Positions 11,175 through 25,238 of a stretch of 64,000 nt of DNA are shown here, piece after piece (within the stretch, counting starts at the first letter, position 1; the number at the start of each line of letters is the position of its first letter). The translations under genes and the position numbers were made by a program. Where the stretch lies: the NCBI GenBank assembly GCA_043228905.1, contig JBHGNT010000004.1, positions 3,348,001 through 3,412,000 of the forward strand, read 5' to 3'. The notes below the pieces were generated by a model. It made no database searches, was not told the DNA's origin, and was given only the letters and a program-made list of their open reading frames with translations. Source of the DNA: Azolla caroliniana (taxonomy: Eukaryota > Plantae > Polypodiophyta).

Positions 11175-13785
11175 CCTTGTATGGGACTCCAAGGACTTCG
11201 CCCTATTCGATTTTGGGGAAATATGAATCGGCACCAAAGTTCAGACAGTAGTCAAAATGAAAAAACAAATGTTTGGGGTTTCTGTAACTGAAACATACCT
11301 GGACGATGATCGAGCGGGTTCTGTGTTGTAGCTCTCAATCTGCAATGTCGATTTTCTGCTGTTGCGGGAGCTACGTCTACGTTCGTGCTCTGAGTACTCC
11401 ATCTACGTTCAAAATCAGACTTAGGCTAAACAGGAAATTGATGACATTGAAGTCGACCTTAGATGATGGTGCTATTCCCCAAGTTCCACTACGTTTGAAA
11501 CAGAAGTTCAAATATTTGAGTTTTTTCATAAATTAGTTTTTCAAATATTTGATTTTCCCACAAAAAAGACTAGCTAAACAAATAGCTAATTAGCTATGGC
11601 CATTTTAGTAGCTAATTAGCTATAATAGTGTTTCCACTCGCATGCTTTTACCCGTAGATGGTGGGGAAGCGCAAGCAAGGAGGTCGACGGCGGCGAGAAG
11701 AAACGAAAGAGGCGGTTAACTGAAGTGTGGGTCCTCCACACTCGTTCTCAAGACTTAGGTGGTTGCGTCCGAGAACCAACGGAAGACCTAAAAGACGGGA
11801 AGTGGCGGCAAGGACGCGGAGGGCACGGCCAATACAACTGATCCGGATGTGAAAGAACAAAGACCGGTCCTATGGGTCACCTCACACCGGGCTAGAGACT
11901 TCGGCGGTTAGCATCCGATTCGACGTAAGACCAAGATACTGACGGTGGCGGCAGGAGAACGGGACCCGGCAATTTAGAGAGTGACGGACGGACCCGGACG
12001 AGAACCGAGCAGAGCGAACTTCCGGATAACTGTTCTGGAAGGGAGGAAGAGGCAGGCCTACAGGGAAGCCGGAACACGGTACATCGGTACCATGGGAGAA
12101 GGTGTGGAGCGAACCACCCTCTCGACATGCGGAGAAGGACAACCCTAGATAGGTTCGGGAAATACGAGGGGACCAAGGAGGATCCTTCACACCGGGCTAG
12201 AGACTTCGGCAGTCGGCAGCAGAGCCGACATAAGACCAAGAGATTGACGGTGACGACGAGGGGACGAGGGGACGAGGGAAAAGGTAGCGATTGGACGGTC
12301 CTATGGGATCCTCAGACCGATCCGGAGACACCGGCAGTGCAAGCCGACATGGCAACATGAGATCGAGTGAGAAGGATGGTGGCGGCAGGAAACGCAACCG
12401 ACCATGTAGGAAGAGAGAACGAGTAGGCATGGTGGTATCCGGACGGCAAGGCAGCCATTAACCGAAACCACGCCTTTCGGCAGGAACAAAGGGAGAGTCG
12501 GGAACCGACCTGACCGGAAGACAACGCAGAAGACCGGAGGAGAGAAAGGAAGACGGTCCTATGGGATCCTCACACCAATCCGGAGACACCGGCAGTTCAA
12601 GCTGACATGGCTACGTGAGACCGAGTGAGAAGGCTGGTGGCGGTAGGAAACGGGAACTGGCGATGCGGCGAGACTAGAGTTGACAGAGGCCGAACCCTTA
12701 CCAGCCGATTACGATTTCGGAGGAAAGCCGGTGAGGGGTAAGCAGGGAGCGGATCGGAGGCGTGCGTATGGAGGGCCAAAGAAAATCCTGGGTATGGGAC
12801 GGCATTCGGCACAGGCATTGCTGAACAAGGAAGACGAAAGACGGCACACGAAGGTGTCGGGAACAAGAGCACGGGCGTGTAATAGACTATGCGGATTGGA
12901 GACCAGAAATAGGATCGAGGGCCGGAGAACGACCCTCCACCCCCGCTTCGGAGATCTTGGCAGCTCAGTCAAAGTGGCAACGACTGGCATGGTAAGACAA
13001 ACCCGAGGTAACAAGCTGGTGGGGGCGAGGGGACGACGCCAAGTGGAAGGCTCCAAACCAGTGGCAACAACACAAGACTAAAGTGGCCAAGCGGGCTACT
13101 ACGGGGTGTTCCTCAGACGCAGAGGACATCGGTATGCGGAGAAGATGCACGATCTAGTCGAGCGAGCACCGACAACGTGTGCATGGGAAGTAACCGGAGT
13201 CTGGCACGAGCGGTGCCGAACACGAGAAAGGGATGCGTGGTACACAGAGGTGCCACAGCGGGAATACAGGCGCGAAGATGGGTTGCTGGTCTAGGTGATC
13301 TCGCGTAGAAGGCCGGAGAAGGATCCTCCACATAGGTTTCGGAGTCCTTGGCAGTTCGGCCACCGTGGCAACGTAAGACTAAGGAGAATGTAGGTGGCGG
13401 CGAGGGGACGAAGGCGGTGGAGATCAGCATGGAACGACAATAAGGACGACGCGAAGGTCGACAGAGGCCAAGCGGGTCATCACGGGTGCTCCTCAGACGG
13501 AGGACACCATGTATCCGAAGGAACAAGAAGCGTGCATGTGCTCGAAAGAAGGGCCAACGGGGAAGCACGCACTACGGGATCGCGGTGAATGACCTATCAA
13601 CGGGTCAGATGAGCCTACGGAGAGGCAAGTGCAGAGAAGGAAATGGAACCGATGGTTCGGACCGGCAAGGCCAACACGGCAGCCGGAATGAGGATTACGG
13701 AAGACCGGTTCCTCACAGGCCGGAATCTCTCATCCTTCTCCGAACTTGGCACGTACCGGTGGACGTGCGGTTTGGTGGGGGCGGA

Positions 13786-14624
13786 TGTCGTGAAGATTCC
13801 AGGCCATGCTGAGAAACTTGGGAATTTCGAAAGCATCGGCGAAGTGCATCATGTGCACTTACCCTTGTATAAACGTGTGAATAATAGAGTTGCCTTTATG
13901 GCGCCAACTAGGAGTTAAGTCGGGACAGGGGATCCCATGTAATAAGGGATATTTATCCCACATTGTTACGCCACTCCCTCCTTGTGCTATAAAAGGAAGG
14001 GATGGTCTCTTGTGAAAGGGTTGCCTGTTTTGACTTAGGAGGGTATACCGCTAGGTTCGAAGTAAGTTATTTTCTTTCTCTTTATTTTCTCTTGCCTAGG
14101 GTTTTAGTGAGTTCTGCTTCTTCTTCGTCGTTTTGTGCGAGCGAGTCCTGGCATCTAGCGGTTCTATTTCGGCCTTGTCTCCTGCGCAAGGCCCCCGCTC
14201 GGCGCGACGAGCCCGAGATCTCCCTGACCGGCGGCTTGGCAGTAGACAACTATTGTATCCTGAGCTTCCTAGGTACGACTCGAAGCCGGTATTGTATCTT
14301 GTTCTTGTAAATTTACATGTGGAAGGTTCTACGTTTCAATGTCTATGTAGGTGTCTTTAGTGTTCTCTTTCTTTCGTTTCTGTACATAAGGGCGTGAGTT
14401 AGGCCGGTGTTGCGTGTGTGCGTGCTCTCTCTCTCTCTCTATCCAGCTCGCCTTCTTTTCTGTTCAGTAGCCTCCTATACCCAAACCGGTAACGTTCCGG
14501 TTTTGTGCTACTTTGGTGCAGCTGGAAACGGAGGGAGTTAGTCTCCCAATACCCTCTACTCCCCAGTCCAAGACCCCCGCGGTCCCTCCTTGGAACCTAC
14601 ATGTACCCGCGGAATACCGCGACA
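13786..14624 (+). repeat. 3' LTR of element D
   Basis: Runs TGTCGTGAAG...CCGCGACA; preceded by the PPT; TATA-like CTATAAAAGG near 13988; right flank CCGG. Confidence 0.8.
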
Positions 14625-14926
14625 CCGGTGTCGCGAAGTTTCGCGTTCGCGTGCAGGAAGAGGCGGGACCACAGGGATCTTGGACCAAGGAGAGAGAGTG
14701 AGAGAGAGAGAGAGAGTTGCACACACACAGAAAGAAAATAAGAGCAAGAAACAGGAATCCGATTACTATAATCAGTAGCTTACAACTCGAACAGTTACAA
14801 CTGGCAAACCAGTAATGGACCTGACACGGGGTCCTACTCACGCACACAGACGACAACCACTTGACTCGAAGAAACAAAAAGGGAAGGGGGAGAGAGAGAG
14901 AGAGAGCCTCTATTGGAAGCACGCGG

Positions 14927-15646
14927 TGTCGTGAAGATTTTCATCCACAAGCGGAAACCCGAGCAACGAGAGCCAAAGAGCGATGTGCAACGTTGCACAC
15001 GTACATAATGTATTTGTAATAGTAATAAGGGTAAAGTCTATGGTGCTAGAAATGCCCCATAGGATCCCTAAGGTATAAAGGTGATGTGGTCTTGTGCGCA
15101 CATCCACGCGAGAGAGAGAGAGAGGTATTCTGCGGTACATAGGTACCTAGTTGTTTGTGTGGAGGTGGGAGTTAAGGGGCCATCAATCTCACCCTCCCCA
15201 AATCAAGGCAAATATCCCCTTTGAATGAAAGGGGATATTTTAGTCTCACTTTTGTAAACGGTCTTCCCTCCTTGTGCTATAAAAGGAGAGGGAAGGCACC
15301 ATTGTAGGGGTTGCCTATTTTGAGTGTGCGAGGTATACCACATAGGTCGAGCGTTAGGGTTAGGGTTAGGGTTTCTTTATCTTTATCTTCATCTTCGTCG
15401 GTTAGGGTTTCGAGTAGTCGTTTGGTGCGGCCTATGCGGCCACCATTTTGTAATCGTTCATTTCGTTTTAATATATCTTGTTGATCATCTTGTCTCCATC
15501 TTCCTCTTGTTCGATCTTATCTCTTGTTCATTCTTCTTCTTCTTGAGCAAAGCTTCCATTCCATGTCCGATTCCTTCTCCTCTACTCCTTAGTCCAAGAC
15601 CCCCATGGTCCCGCCCTTCTCCACGCACGCGCGTAGCAACGCGACA
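14927..15646 (+). mobile_element. Solo LTR (Trp group) inserted in C's 3' LTR
   Basis: TGTCGTGAAG...GCGACA with TSD GCGG on both sides. The empty site GCACGCGGGTTGTCC is visible in C's other LTR near 49878. Confidence 0.9.
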
Positions 15647-16092
15647 GCGGGTTGTCCACGAAGCAGAGGCAGCGAACTCCCGACACCCACAGAGAACGAC
15701 AATCGGAGGAGAGAGAGCTCGGCACTCGGTTCTGCAGCAGTAGTTCGTCCTCGCCAACACGCGATACCTTTTCTTCCTTCTCTCCCTTCTTAAATAGTTC
15801 GCCAAAGGGGACCCTTCTTCCCTAGTCCAATCGCTTTATTCCCTGTCCCTTTCGACAGAGATACGCACAAAATCCCCTAATAGATGCGTACTACCTAGTA
15901 TTTACATCAACCAACCTAATTATGAATTATGTGCAAAATATCGATTCTCACGTCCACCCATGTAAGAGCCGGTTCATGCACCTTTTTCTCCGATTCCGCC
16001 TATGGCCGGTTTTCTTCACGACATCCACCCCCACCAAACCGCTTATCCACCGGCATGCGCCAGAGACGGGTAGATACCGAGGAAAACCGGCT

Positions 16093-19000
16093 TCACTCGT
16101 CGCTCTCCAATTCTTCGCCGGGCCCAAACCGATCGTCGTCGTCGCTCTCGCTCGCCGGCTCTGGCTCGTCTTCGAACCGCTTCTTGAACGCTTTGATCCG
16201 CTTCCCAACCACCGGTACCGCTAACCGTGTCCCATCGAGTTCCGCTAGGTGGTACTTGCCATTGTCGTTCGCGCTCGTCACCGTGTAAGGCCCGAACCAT
16301 CTCCTTGCGAACTTTCACACCGCCTTGTGCTGATTGTCGAGGCTGCTGGCGTATACCAAGACCTAGTCACCTTCCTCGACCTTCTTTGGTCGCAACCGGT
16401 GTGTCCGGTTGAACCAGGTCTTGTTACCCTCCCTTGCCGCTCGCAGCTTTTCCTTTGCCCGTTTCATGTCCTCCAGCCTCCGCTCGAGTTGCTGAATCCG
16501 CGCCGCCAGCAACTCCTCCCGGCTCATCTCGTCCTTCCAATCTACCGCCGCCCACGAAGAAACCGTCTGTTCCACCGGCATGATCGGCTTCTATCCATAC
16601 ATCAGCTCTGTCGGCATAAACCCTGTCACCAAACTGTGCGTAGTTCGGTCCTCCCATAGTGCGTAAGGAAGGAGTCGCGGCCAATTCCCGACCTGCCCTC
16701 AACATGCACGCACCAACGCCTTTACGATCGGCTCGTGCCCACGTTCTACCTTCCCGTTCGCCTCCAGATTGTACGCCGTAGTGAAGGAGAGTTTGACCCC
16801 TAGCCGGTCGAACAGCTCCTCAGCTTCGTGCACATCCAGCTCTCCCCGGTCCACCACGATCTTCCCGACGCACCCGTACCGACACACTACCTCTTCGATC
16901 AAGAACCGGCATACCGCCGCGGTTGTCTTGTTCTGCAATGCATGGCCTTCCACCTGGTTCGTTAAATCTTCTCGCGCAAGCACCAGGTATCGCATTTGTC
17001 CTACTCCCATCGGCATTGTCACCAAGTCCACCATCCACTTAAAATGGACCGTAGGCAGGTAGGTCGGGTGTAGCTCGTCCCGATGTCGGACTACGGCGTG
17101 CATCTGACAACTTTCGCAAGTCGTTACGAATCGATGCACGTCCCGGTACAGCCCCGGCCACCAGTACTTCTCCTTCAACTTCTCGAATGTGGCCCACATT
17201 CCGTGGTGCCCGGCCCAAGGACTCTCGTGAAATGCCGCCAGTAGTTCCTCCTATTCTTCTTTCTTTGCCACTACTCGGACCAGGATGCCATTTCTTTTCT
17301 TTGGGTGCCTCCATATGCACCCGTCCCGTAGGAAGAATCGGTACGCCTTCTTCCATACCCAACTCGCCTCTTCTCTCGTCCACACTGCGTCCGGCGTCAT
17401 CGCCCGTAGGAACCTCCCGATTTGGAGCCACTCCCCGTCGTACCTGCTTTCGTCAAATTCGTTAAGCGCCGGAGTGTCCCCTTTCCTCGTCGTCACGTTA
17501 GCCGACCCAAAGAAGTCCTCGCTGACTTCTTCATCATCCGAAACCATGTCGTCTTCGTCGTTGAACCTCGCTCTCGAAAGCATGTCAGCCATGGCATTAT
17601 CCTTTCCAGAGATATGCCGTATCTCTGGGTTCAGGGACTTAATGTACGCTATCCACCGGAGCATTGCTAGGTTTGGCGTCGCGCATCCGAAAACCATGCC
17701 GAGTATTGGCAGGCAGTCTGTCTCGATTGTTACCTCTGTCCCGATCAGGTAGTCCCTGTCGGCCTTGATTGCCGAAACAATACCCCATAGTTCGCACTTG
17801 ACTTGGGCGTATCCTCGTTGCTGCTCGCTCAATATCTTCGCCCCGAACCGGATCGGGAACTGTGCGTCTTCCTCATCCTCCTAGTTGATCACCCACCCGA
17901 TCCCGGTCGGGGTCGTGTCCACCGTCACGTAGATGGGGACTCCCTTGCTGTAAGCCGCTTTACGGAGACTTGGTGCTACCGTAAGCGCCTCCTTTAGTCT
18001 CCGGACCAACTCCGTGTGCTCCGTCTTCCACTCAAAGCTACGCCCCCTTTTCAATAGTCCGTAGAGGGGTTCCGCGACATGTGCGTAGTGCGGGATCCAG
18101 ATGTTGTAGAACGCGCATGCACCCAAGAATCTGCGGACCTCCGTAACCAACCCACAATCGTTCCTCATCGCGGAGATGGCCTCTACCTTTGCCGGAGACG
18201 GTTTCCTACCGTAAGGCCCACACAGGTGTCCGACCACCAAGATCTCTGACTGCCCGAACGCCGATTTTTCTCCGGAGAAGGTGAGTCGTGCGCTCTCGAG
18301 CTTCTACAACACCTTCTCGCAGTCGTTGATGTGGTTCACGACGAACCTCCGGCATCCGTCTGACCCGACAGTCTCGTCCGCATCTTCCACCGGACACCCC
18401 TTTATCGGGATGTCGTCCAAGAATGGCATGATGATGTCCGGGATGCAGTCCCTCAGCACATTGTTCATTGCGTTCACCATATGCGCCACCGAATTCGTCC
18501 TGCCTTGTGGTAGGGTACACATCTGTACTAGGCCGAGAGGAGTTCGCATTGTCGTGATATCCCTGCTCTCCACGGCTAGCTGGAACTGGTCGTACCCCGA
18601 GTATAAGTCACTGACCGAATAGATTGACCTTCCAGCGAAGGCCTCCGCGAACTCGTCTATGGTCGGTCCGATTCCTGCGTTACGGATGGTCACCCTGTTG
18701 ACCGGTTGCAGGTCTTGAATGAAGCGCAACGTGTTGTTCTTCTTCGGCACCGTAAACCACCGATTTGAATATGGGGCACTCGACGGTTCGAGGATGCCCA
18801 TCTCCACCTTTTTCTTCAGAAGCTCCATCAACTTCGGGATGTGAGCTCTCGGCACCGGAATCGGTTTGAGATTCTACGGTACATGCGGTACCGTGGCGAT
18901 CACCATCGGTTCGACGATCGTCGGGTCCACGCACCCGATCTCCTCCGGCGAGAACGCGAAGGCTTTCCCATGCCTTCCGAGCATTCTCCGAAACCTGTCC

Positions 19001-19530
19001 TCCTCCGCCGGCAGTAGAAAGCCACCCCCACCAACCTTGAGCTCCCGTAGCGTTATGTCGGTGAACCGATGCCCTATGCCAACCGGATTCTGTAAACTTG
19101 GGTCCGACGCAACCCCTTTTATCCGCTCCTCCCTGGCCTCACCTTCCGGTCCACAGTCTTGTACTTTGTATCCACGCGGGCCGTCCGATCCGACCCGATC
19201 CTTTCCCCGAAGTCCGTGATGACTTCGTACATTCCCATCAAACTAACCGGAACGATCCGGTCTTCTCTAAGGTCTTCACCGATCACCTTTCGCAACTCGC
19301 CCAAGGTGTCGTCAAAAGAGACCGCCTCCACGGCGCCGCTGATTTCTTCATCGGGGGAGAGGACTCTGCGTCCCCTGAGCCACTCCTCCGTTCACTTCCT
19401 CTCCCGGCCGTTGACGTCGGCTATAGTACAACCTCCGTTTTCGGAGAACCAAAACTTCCTACCTACTAAACATGTGTGGGTTCTTCCGGTACGTCCGGAC
19501 TACCGCGGCCCCACGCCTTGATAGCCCTCT
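16093..19530 (-). pseudogene. Element C RT-RNaseH-integrase, multiple stops and frameshifts
   Basis: Fragments NRWFTVPKK, DLYSGYDQF, FLDD, KWMVDLVTMP and ANGKVERGH are colinear with the intact pol of E. Confidence 0.92.
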
Positions 19531-20599
19531 CTAAAAATCCCCTCGGTTGTCACCGCCGAGGGTCTCGCGATTCCTCTCAGGGTTCGGACGTACGGTCATG
19601 AATTGGACAGAATGCCAACCGTCTTGGCTCTTGACACGCGCATACGCCGAACCGTTGTCCAGCACCTTCGTCTCCATGCGTGCTGCCGTAATGTACGGTT
19701 CGCCGAGAATCATCGGGTGCGAGGATGTTTCCTGCACGAAGAAATGTTGATCTATCTCGACGTCACCGATCTTTACACGTACATTCGGGCACGCACCATG
19801 TAGCTCCTCCGTAGCACGCGTCGCCACGCGTATCTTCCACCCATGCTTGGTGTTGATCAACCATTTACCCTTCTTGTAGAAATCCATGGACATTAGGTTG
19901 ATTTCAGATCCATGGTCTACCAAGGCCACCACCGGTTCCGGAACGTCGCCGATCCGCACAAGGGTTTCCGCAGTTGTCCTGGCCCAATGCGGCTTTGCGT
20001 AGTGGCTTTCCGCCAACTCGTCTTCTAGGGCCGTGTCTTCTAAGTGCGTAGTCCGCACCTCCAACGGCTTCTCCGGTTTCGGCTCCGTCGAGAGCCTCTT
20101 CCGCTTCACCAAGTCTACGATGGAGTCGTGGAACTCCCTCTTGGCGATTCCTAGCACTTCCCGCAACGACAGCTCCACTTTACTGTCAAGGATCCGCTCT
20201 TCAAGGACCTTCCATAGGTCCGTTGCTCTCTCAATTTTGGTGCTCAACCGAAACCCCGCATGCTTCTTCCCATTTGGCGCACCTGGGTTGCTGGCACCGG
20301 TCGGTTTCGGTCCAAAGCAGGTCTCGTACCTCTACGGGGAACCGACCCCTCCGGCCTTTCCTGCCCGTTTGTCTTCCACCAGAACCTCGTAGTTCTGGCT
20401 AGTGACTTCTACGAAGCCCGTTTTCTCTTCGACCGGATCGTCCCATTCGGTGACCTCCTGGACCCGTTGTTCCGCGCGGTCCACCTCTTCCTTTTTCAGC
20501 CAAACTCTGGAGAGGCCTTCTAGGACTAGCGGTCAGAATCCGGAGTCCTTCGCCTTCCGAGTCTCATCACCCCCGACCCGAATTCCCGCCGACACTGAG
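19531..20599 (-). pseudogene. Element C gag C-terminus and aspartic protease
   Basis: LVDHGSEINLM protease motif; homologous to E gag-PR. Confidence 0.9.
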
Positions 20600-23500
20600 T
20601 AGCTTGTTGGCCGGTCAGCAGAGCAAGGACAAGTGGGAAGGCGGAGTCGGATCGGATAATAGGAAGTAAATAATAGTAGAATTATTATTCGGGGGGACGG
20701 ATCCGGTACCGTTGTACCGATCCGGATCCGGACCGATTCGGATGTCGGTTGCCTAAGCGCACCGATTGTAACCTTGCCGGATGCCTATAAAAGGATTTGA
20801 TGATTTGTAAAGGGTTTGACGGAAGTAATACAAAAGTAATTATTGCGTGTTTATCTGTATCTTCCTATTGTTTACCGTCTGTGCTTAATTGTAATCATCT
20901 TACGCGTGTAACCTAGCATCCAATCCTTACCACCCCTTTGGAGAAGTGTTGGATAGACACCTGTGTTGAGGCTAGTCCGGCCAGGCAGACAACACTATTT
21001 TGGCGACCACGATTCCTGCAAAGTGCAGAGGACAACCGGGGGATGGATGTCTAGACCAAACGACGACCACATCACCGAACGAGGGAGACGATACACCGAA
21101 CGAGAGCAACGACGGGAAGCCCTGCAGCAAGCCGTCGACGAGATCCGGCGAGATCGGTCATTCTCCAGAACTCTTCGGAGAGTCGCAAAAGAAGCACTGC
21201 AGTTCTGGGTTCTGCAAGTCCCCGACGAAGGCAGTAGCATAACAAGCCTGCAAGAGGCGGAAACGATACTACAGATGCTCACCGGGGGCGACGGGGACTC
21301 GGAAGCATTCGCAACACTTGAGGCGGAGTCGGAAAGCGACGGAAGCGTTGCGTCCCGGTATAAAAGCAGCCACAACACACCAAACGACCCGGGGGAAGAG
21401 GGGTCGGAAGACTCAGTAACACCAGAGCCAGAGGAAGAAATAACCTTGGAACTCGGTGACCGGCAATCGCCGAGGGAGGCTGACCGGATACCGACAACAC
21501 CCGCGAAGGAACCGAAGGAGCGGATACCGACAACACTCGCGAAGGAACCGAAGGAGAGGATATCGACAACACCCGCGGAGGAACCAAAGGACCGGACACC
21601 GGCAACACCCGCGGAGGAACCAAAGGTTCTCACACCAACGCCAACAGCGGACAGAGAGCGGAGAAAGCAGGAGAGTCAGTTGGACGACACGATGCCGTAC
21701 CCATACCCAAAGTACCGGGATGAGCCCGACGCGGAGGCACACGTGTACGCATTCCTCCAAACATGGGAAGCCAACCATGTCTCCCAAAGACTGACGGAGC
21801 CCGAAGCCGAACGATCCAAAGTCGCCGAATTCAGCATAACCTTAGAAGGACCGGCGGCCCGATGGCACGCAAAGCACTTACCGGGCAGCTTTGCCACATT
21901 CGATGCCTTGAAGGCCAGATTCCTGAGGCTTTTTCACAGACAAGTTGAGCAAAGGGAATTGGTCGGGCAGTTCTACACCACCCGGCAGGAAGAGAACGAG
22001 ACTGTGCCACAATTCATCATTCGGTTTCAGACCCTGCACAGCCAACTGACGAGAGCACCACCAGAAGACGAAGCCAAAGCAGTCATTTTGGCCGCGCTGA
22101 AAGAGCCACTTCGAACAATGTGCGGAGTCCTTGATTTCCACACCAGCACAATGGACCAAGTTATTGATCGGGTTTTAGAAATGAACAACACTAGCCCCTT
22201 CTTGTCGATGGGGATGTTACACCGGGCACTCCCGAAGGAGGAAGACCTGAGGTTCCGACAGGCCTTACAATGCACAACATGCCTAAATTCGGGCCACTCA
22301 ACAGTAGACTGCACCCTACGGACACAATGTATGATCTGCAACTCTCGAGCCCATACAACGGACTGATGCGAATATAACCTGTTAAATCGGCAGGCAGCAC
22401 CGGTTCGACACATAGAACCGCGCAATCAGAACCCGGATGAGGATCGATTCCGGAGAGACGGCCGCTACCAACGCGAACGCGGTAACAGATACGCTGATAG
22501 AAGGCGCGATAACTATGACCGAGAGGAGAAACGCAGAGATAGCTACCCCCGGGACCGGTACGACCGAGACGAATCCCCGGAATACGAACGACGTAGAGAA
22601 GAGAGGTGACAAGGGAACCGAAATTTCCGACGGAATCAGAAACGTGGATTTTTCAGAAGAGAGGAACGTCGGGAGGCAGCGAGGAATGACAACCCGGTAT
22701 CGGTACCGGATAACCGAAAAACCGAAGACGACCGCCGAAGCATACCCACCCTCCAAACCGGGGACAAAGGAGAAATGAGCAACAGTCACAAGGTGTACTG
22801 TTATTACTGCCGTAAGGAAGGCCACTATAGTAACCAATGCCCAAGCAAAACCAATGACAAGCAGCCGGCAGTCACCATGGTTACAGCCGAAATAACAGAA
22901 GTCCAGCAGGTCACAACCCGGTCAAAGGGAAAGACCGCCGAGTGGGAAGCCCAGGAGGCAATCAGAAAACAAGCGGCGCAATGGATCAAGGAGGCCAATG
23001 AACAGAATGCGGCAGAAGTAAGAGACCAAAATATGCCAAAAGACAAAGAAATCATACAGCCAGGAGAAAACCCGACGTGGCAAGCGCTACAGGACTGTCA
23101 AATCGTGCTGCCGTTAGCACGGCTACTACAGTTGGTGCCACGGTTTACGGCAGACTTATAGGCATCCGTGAGCAAACCGAAGCTGACGCCAGCACCGGCA
23201 ATCTTCTCCAACCCGGAGGAAGGACCAGCGGTGGTTGATACAAGTAGCCCGGCGATCACGGCAATCGTGAAAGGAAAGGAAATTGCTGGAACGATTATTG
23301 ACGGAGGCTCCGGGGTAAATGTCATCAGCCGCCAGACATGCGAGAACCTGGGCATCCGGGAATGGGAACCATGCCCCTTCTGGTTACACATGGCGGATAC
23401 CAGCTCAGTCTGACCGACCAGGCTTATCCGGGATTTGGAAGTAACGATCGGAGGCCACGTATTCCAGATATCGGCCGTAGTGCTGCAACTGAATGTACAA

Positions 23501-25238
23501 GGCGCGTACCCCCTACTGCTAGGACGATCATGGCTGCGAACGGCGCATATCAAGCAGAATTGGCAAAAGAACATGATCACATTCCGGCGAGGGAAAATAA
23601 AGGTACGAGTAACGACGCAACCACGGGTGATCACCAGTAAGGAAGCAACTCCATTGTATGCGGAAAGCATCAACATGTTGGAGGGATTACCAGATGAGGA
23701 AGTCGAGCGGTACCTCGAGGAACACCCACGAATCGTCCCACTATTTGAGGTGGATATCACGGTGGCAGTAGAACCGTACATTACGACGCCGGATGAACCG
23801 GACCAAGCAGCGATCCGGGAACTGCAACAAGCGCAGGAATCCCTAGAGAGGGAAATGACGATATCCTAGAGGGTAAAAGCATCCCAACTAGAGGAGGTGG
23901 ACCTCGGCACAACAGACAAGCCCCGATCGGTAAATGTCGCAAAGGAATTGCCGAAGGAAGAAAAGAAGGCAATGGTAGCATTATTAACAGACTTCAAGGA
24001 TGTGTTTGCGTGGTCGTACGAAGACATGCGAGGGCTGGACCCCCAGCTCTATTAGCACCAAATTCACCTAAGTACGGACGCGAAACCGATCGCTCAACGC
24101 AGGTATGGGATGAATCCGAATTATGCAGCGAAGGTGAAGGAGGAAATTGATAAGCTCCTCCGGGTCGGATTTATCCGACCGGTCAAGCAGGCAACCTGGC
24201 TGAGTCCGATAGTGGTGGTCCCGAAAAAGAACGGCAAAATCCGGGTATGCGTGGACTATCGCAAACTAAATGCCGCAACAGTGACCGATGCGTTTCCACT
24301 ACCATTTACAGACGGGGTGTTAGATGCGGTAGCCGGCCACGAAGTTTACAGCTTCCTGGATGGATTTAGCGGCTACAACCAAATACGAATGAACCCGGCC
24401 GACCAGGAGAAGACAGCGTTCGTTACGGAATGGGGAGTGTTCGTCGCGGTGTCGGGGTTGCTACGCCCTTGCGTGTAGAAAGGAGGAGGGACCACGGGGG
24501 TCTTGAACCGAAGAACAAGAGAGAGAGAGATAAGAGAGAGAGACCCCGATTACACAGAACCGAAGTTCCGATTGCGCAGAACCGACGATTACACAGGGAC
24601 ACGGCCCAACAAACAGAGAACACAAATAAACGCCGACGCAGATGGACGCAACAACGAAAGATATGTACTTATGAATGCAAGAAAATAACAGACTAAAGTA
24701 CTACAACCCTCAGTGGGGCACGAAATAGATACTAACGAAAACGAACAGGGCGGCGAACAGATGCCGACCCCTGTATGTCGCGACGCACAGAAAGGGGAAA
24801 CAGGTCGGAGGTGCTGCAGGACGCACTCGGGCGTTCCACGGAACAGCGCAAGCCTCCTCGAAACCTGCACAGGTACGCGATGGAGCAGAAGACAGAGAGA
24901 GCGGGAGAGAGAGAGAAGCTCCGAAATCGGTTCGGCAGCACTTCGTCCTCTCCGCGGGAGATGTCCGACTTCTATTCTTCCTCTTCCTTTTATAGCCCGT
25001 CAAGAGGCCGTTTGGCATTAACTGCATACCAACCGAATCTGCCCACCTAGGATCCTCGTATGTACCTACTTCGTCCTTAGGTACTTCTTGGCGCGCGTGT
25101 GTGTGTAGAGCCGTTTCCCACGCCTTGTTCCTCCGATTCCTCTTGTGGGCGGTTTTCTTCACGACATCCGCCCCCACCTAACCGCGCATCCGCCGGCATG
25201 CGCCAAATTGAGTTGGCACGGAGAAAACCGGCCCGCCT

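Larger units (their letters stand above)
1267..11653 (+). mobile_element. Sola2-like TIR DNA transposon (10.4 kb) with cargo genes
   Basis: 25-bp TIRs at 1267-1291 and 11629-11653 (24/25 match) start with GGG. The 4-bp TSD GTAG is at 1263-1266 and 11654-11657. An internal DDD transposase is present. GRG termini with a 4-bp TSD fit Sola2. Confidence 0.85.
270..14624 (+). mobile_element. Element D: 3' part of a Trp-group gypsy-like element with a non-pol repetitive interior, split by the Sola2-like transposon
   Basis: PPT GGTGGGGGCGGA (13774-13785) is followed by the LTR 13786-14624. The same degenerate modules occur on both sides of the TIR element (e.g. GTACCATGGGAGA...GTGGAGCGA near 547 and 12087). 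Confidence 0.6.

Noticed and set aside
20600-20604. TSD TAGCT linking A to the TAGCTAATTAGCTA motif
   Set aside because: A 5-bp coincidence within C gag; B's TSD is ACAGG.
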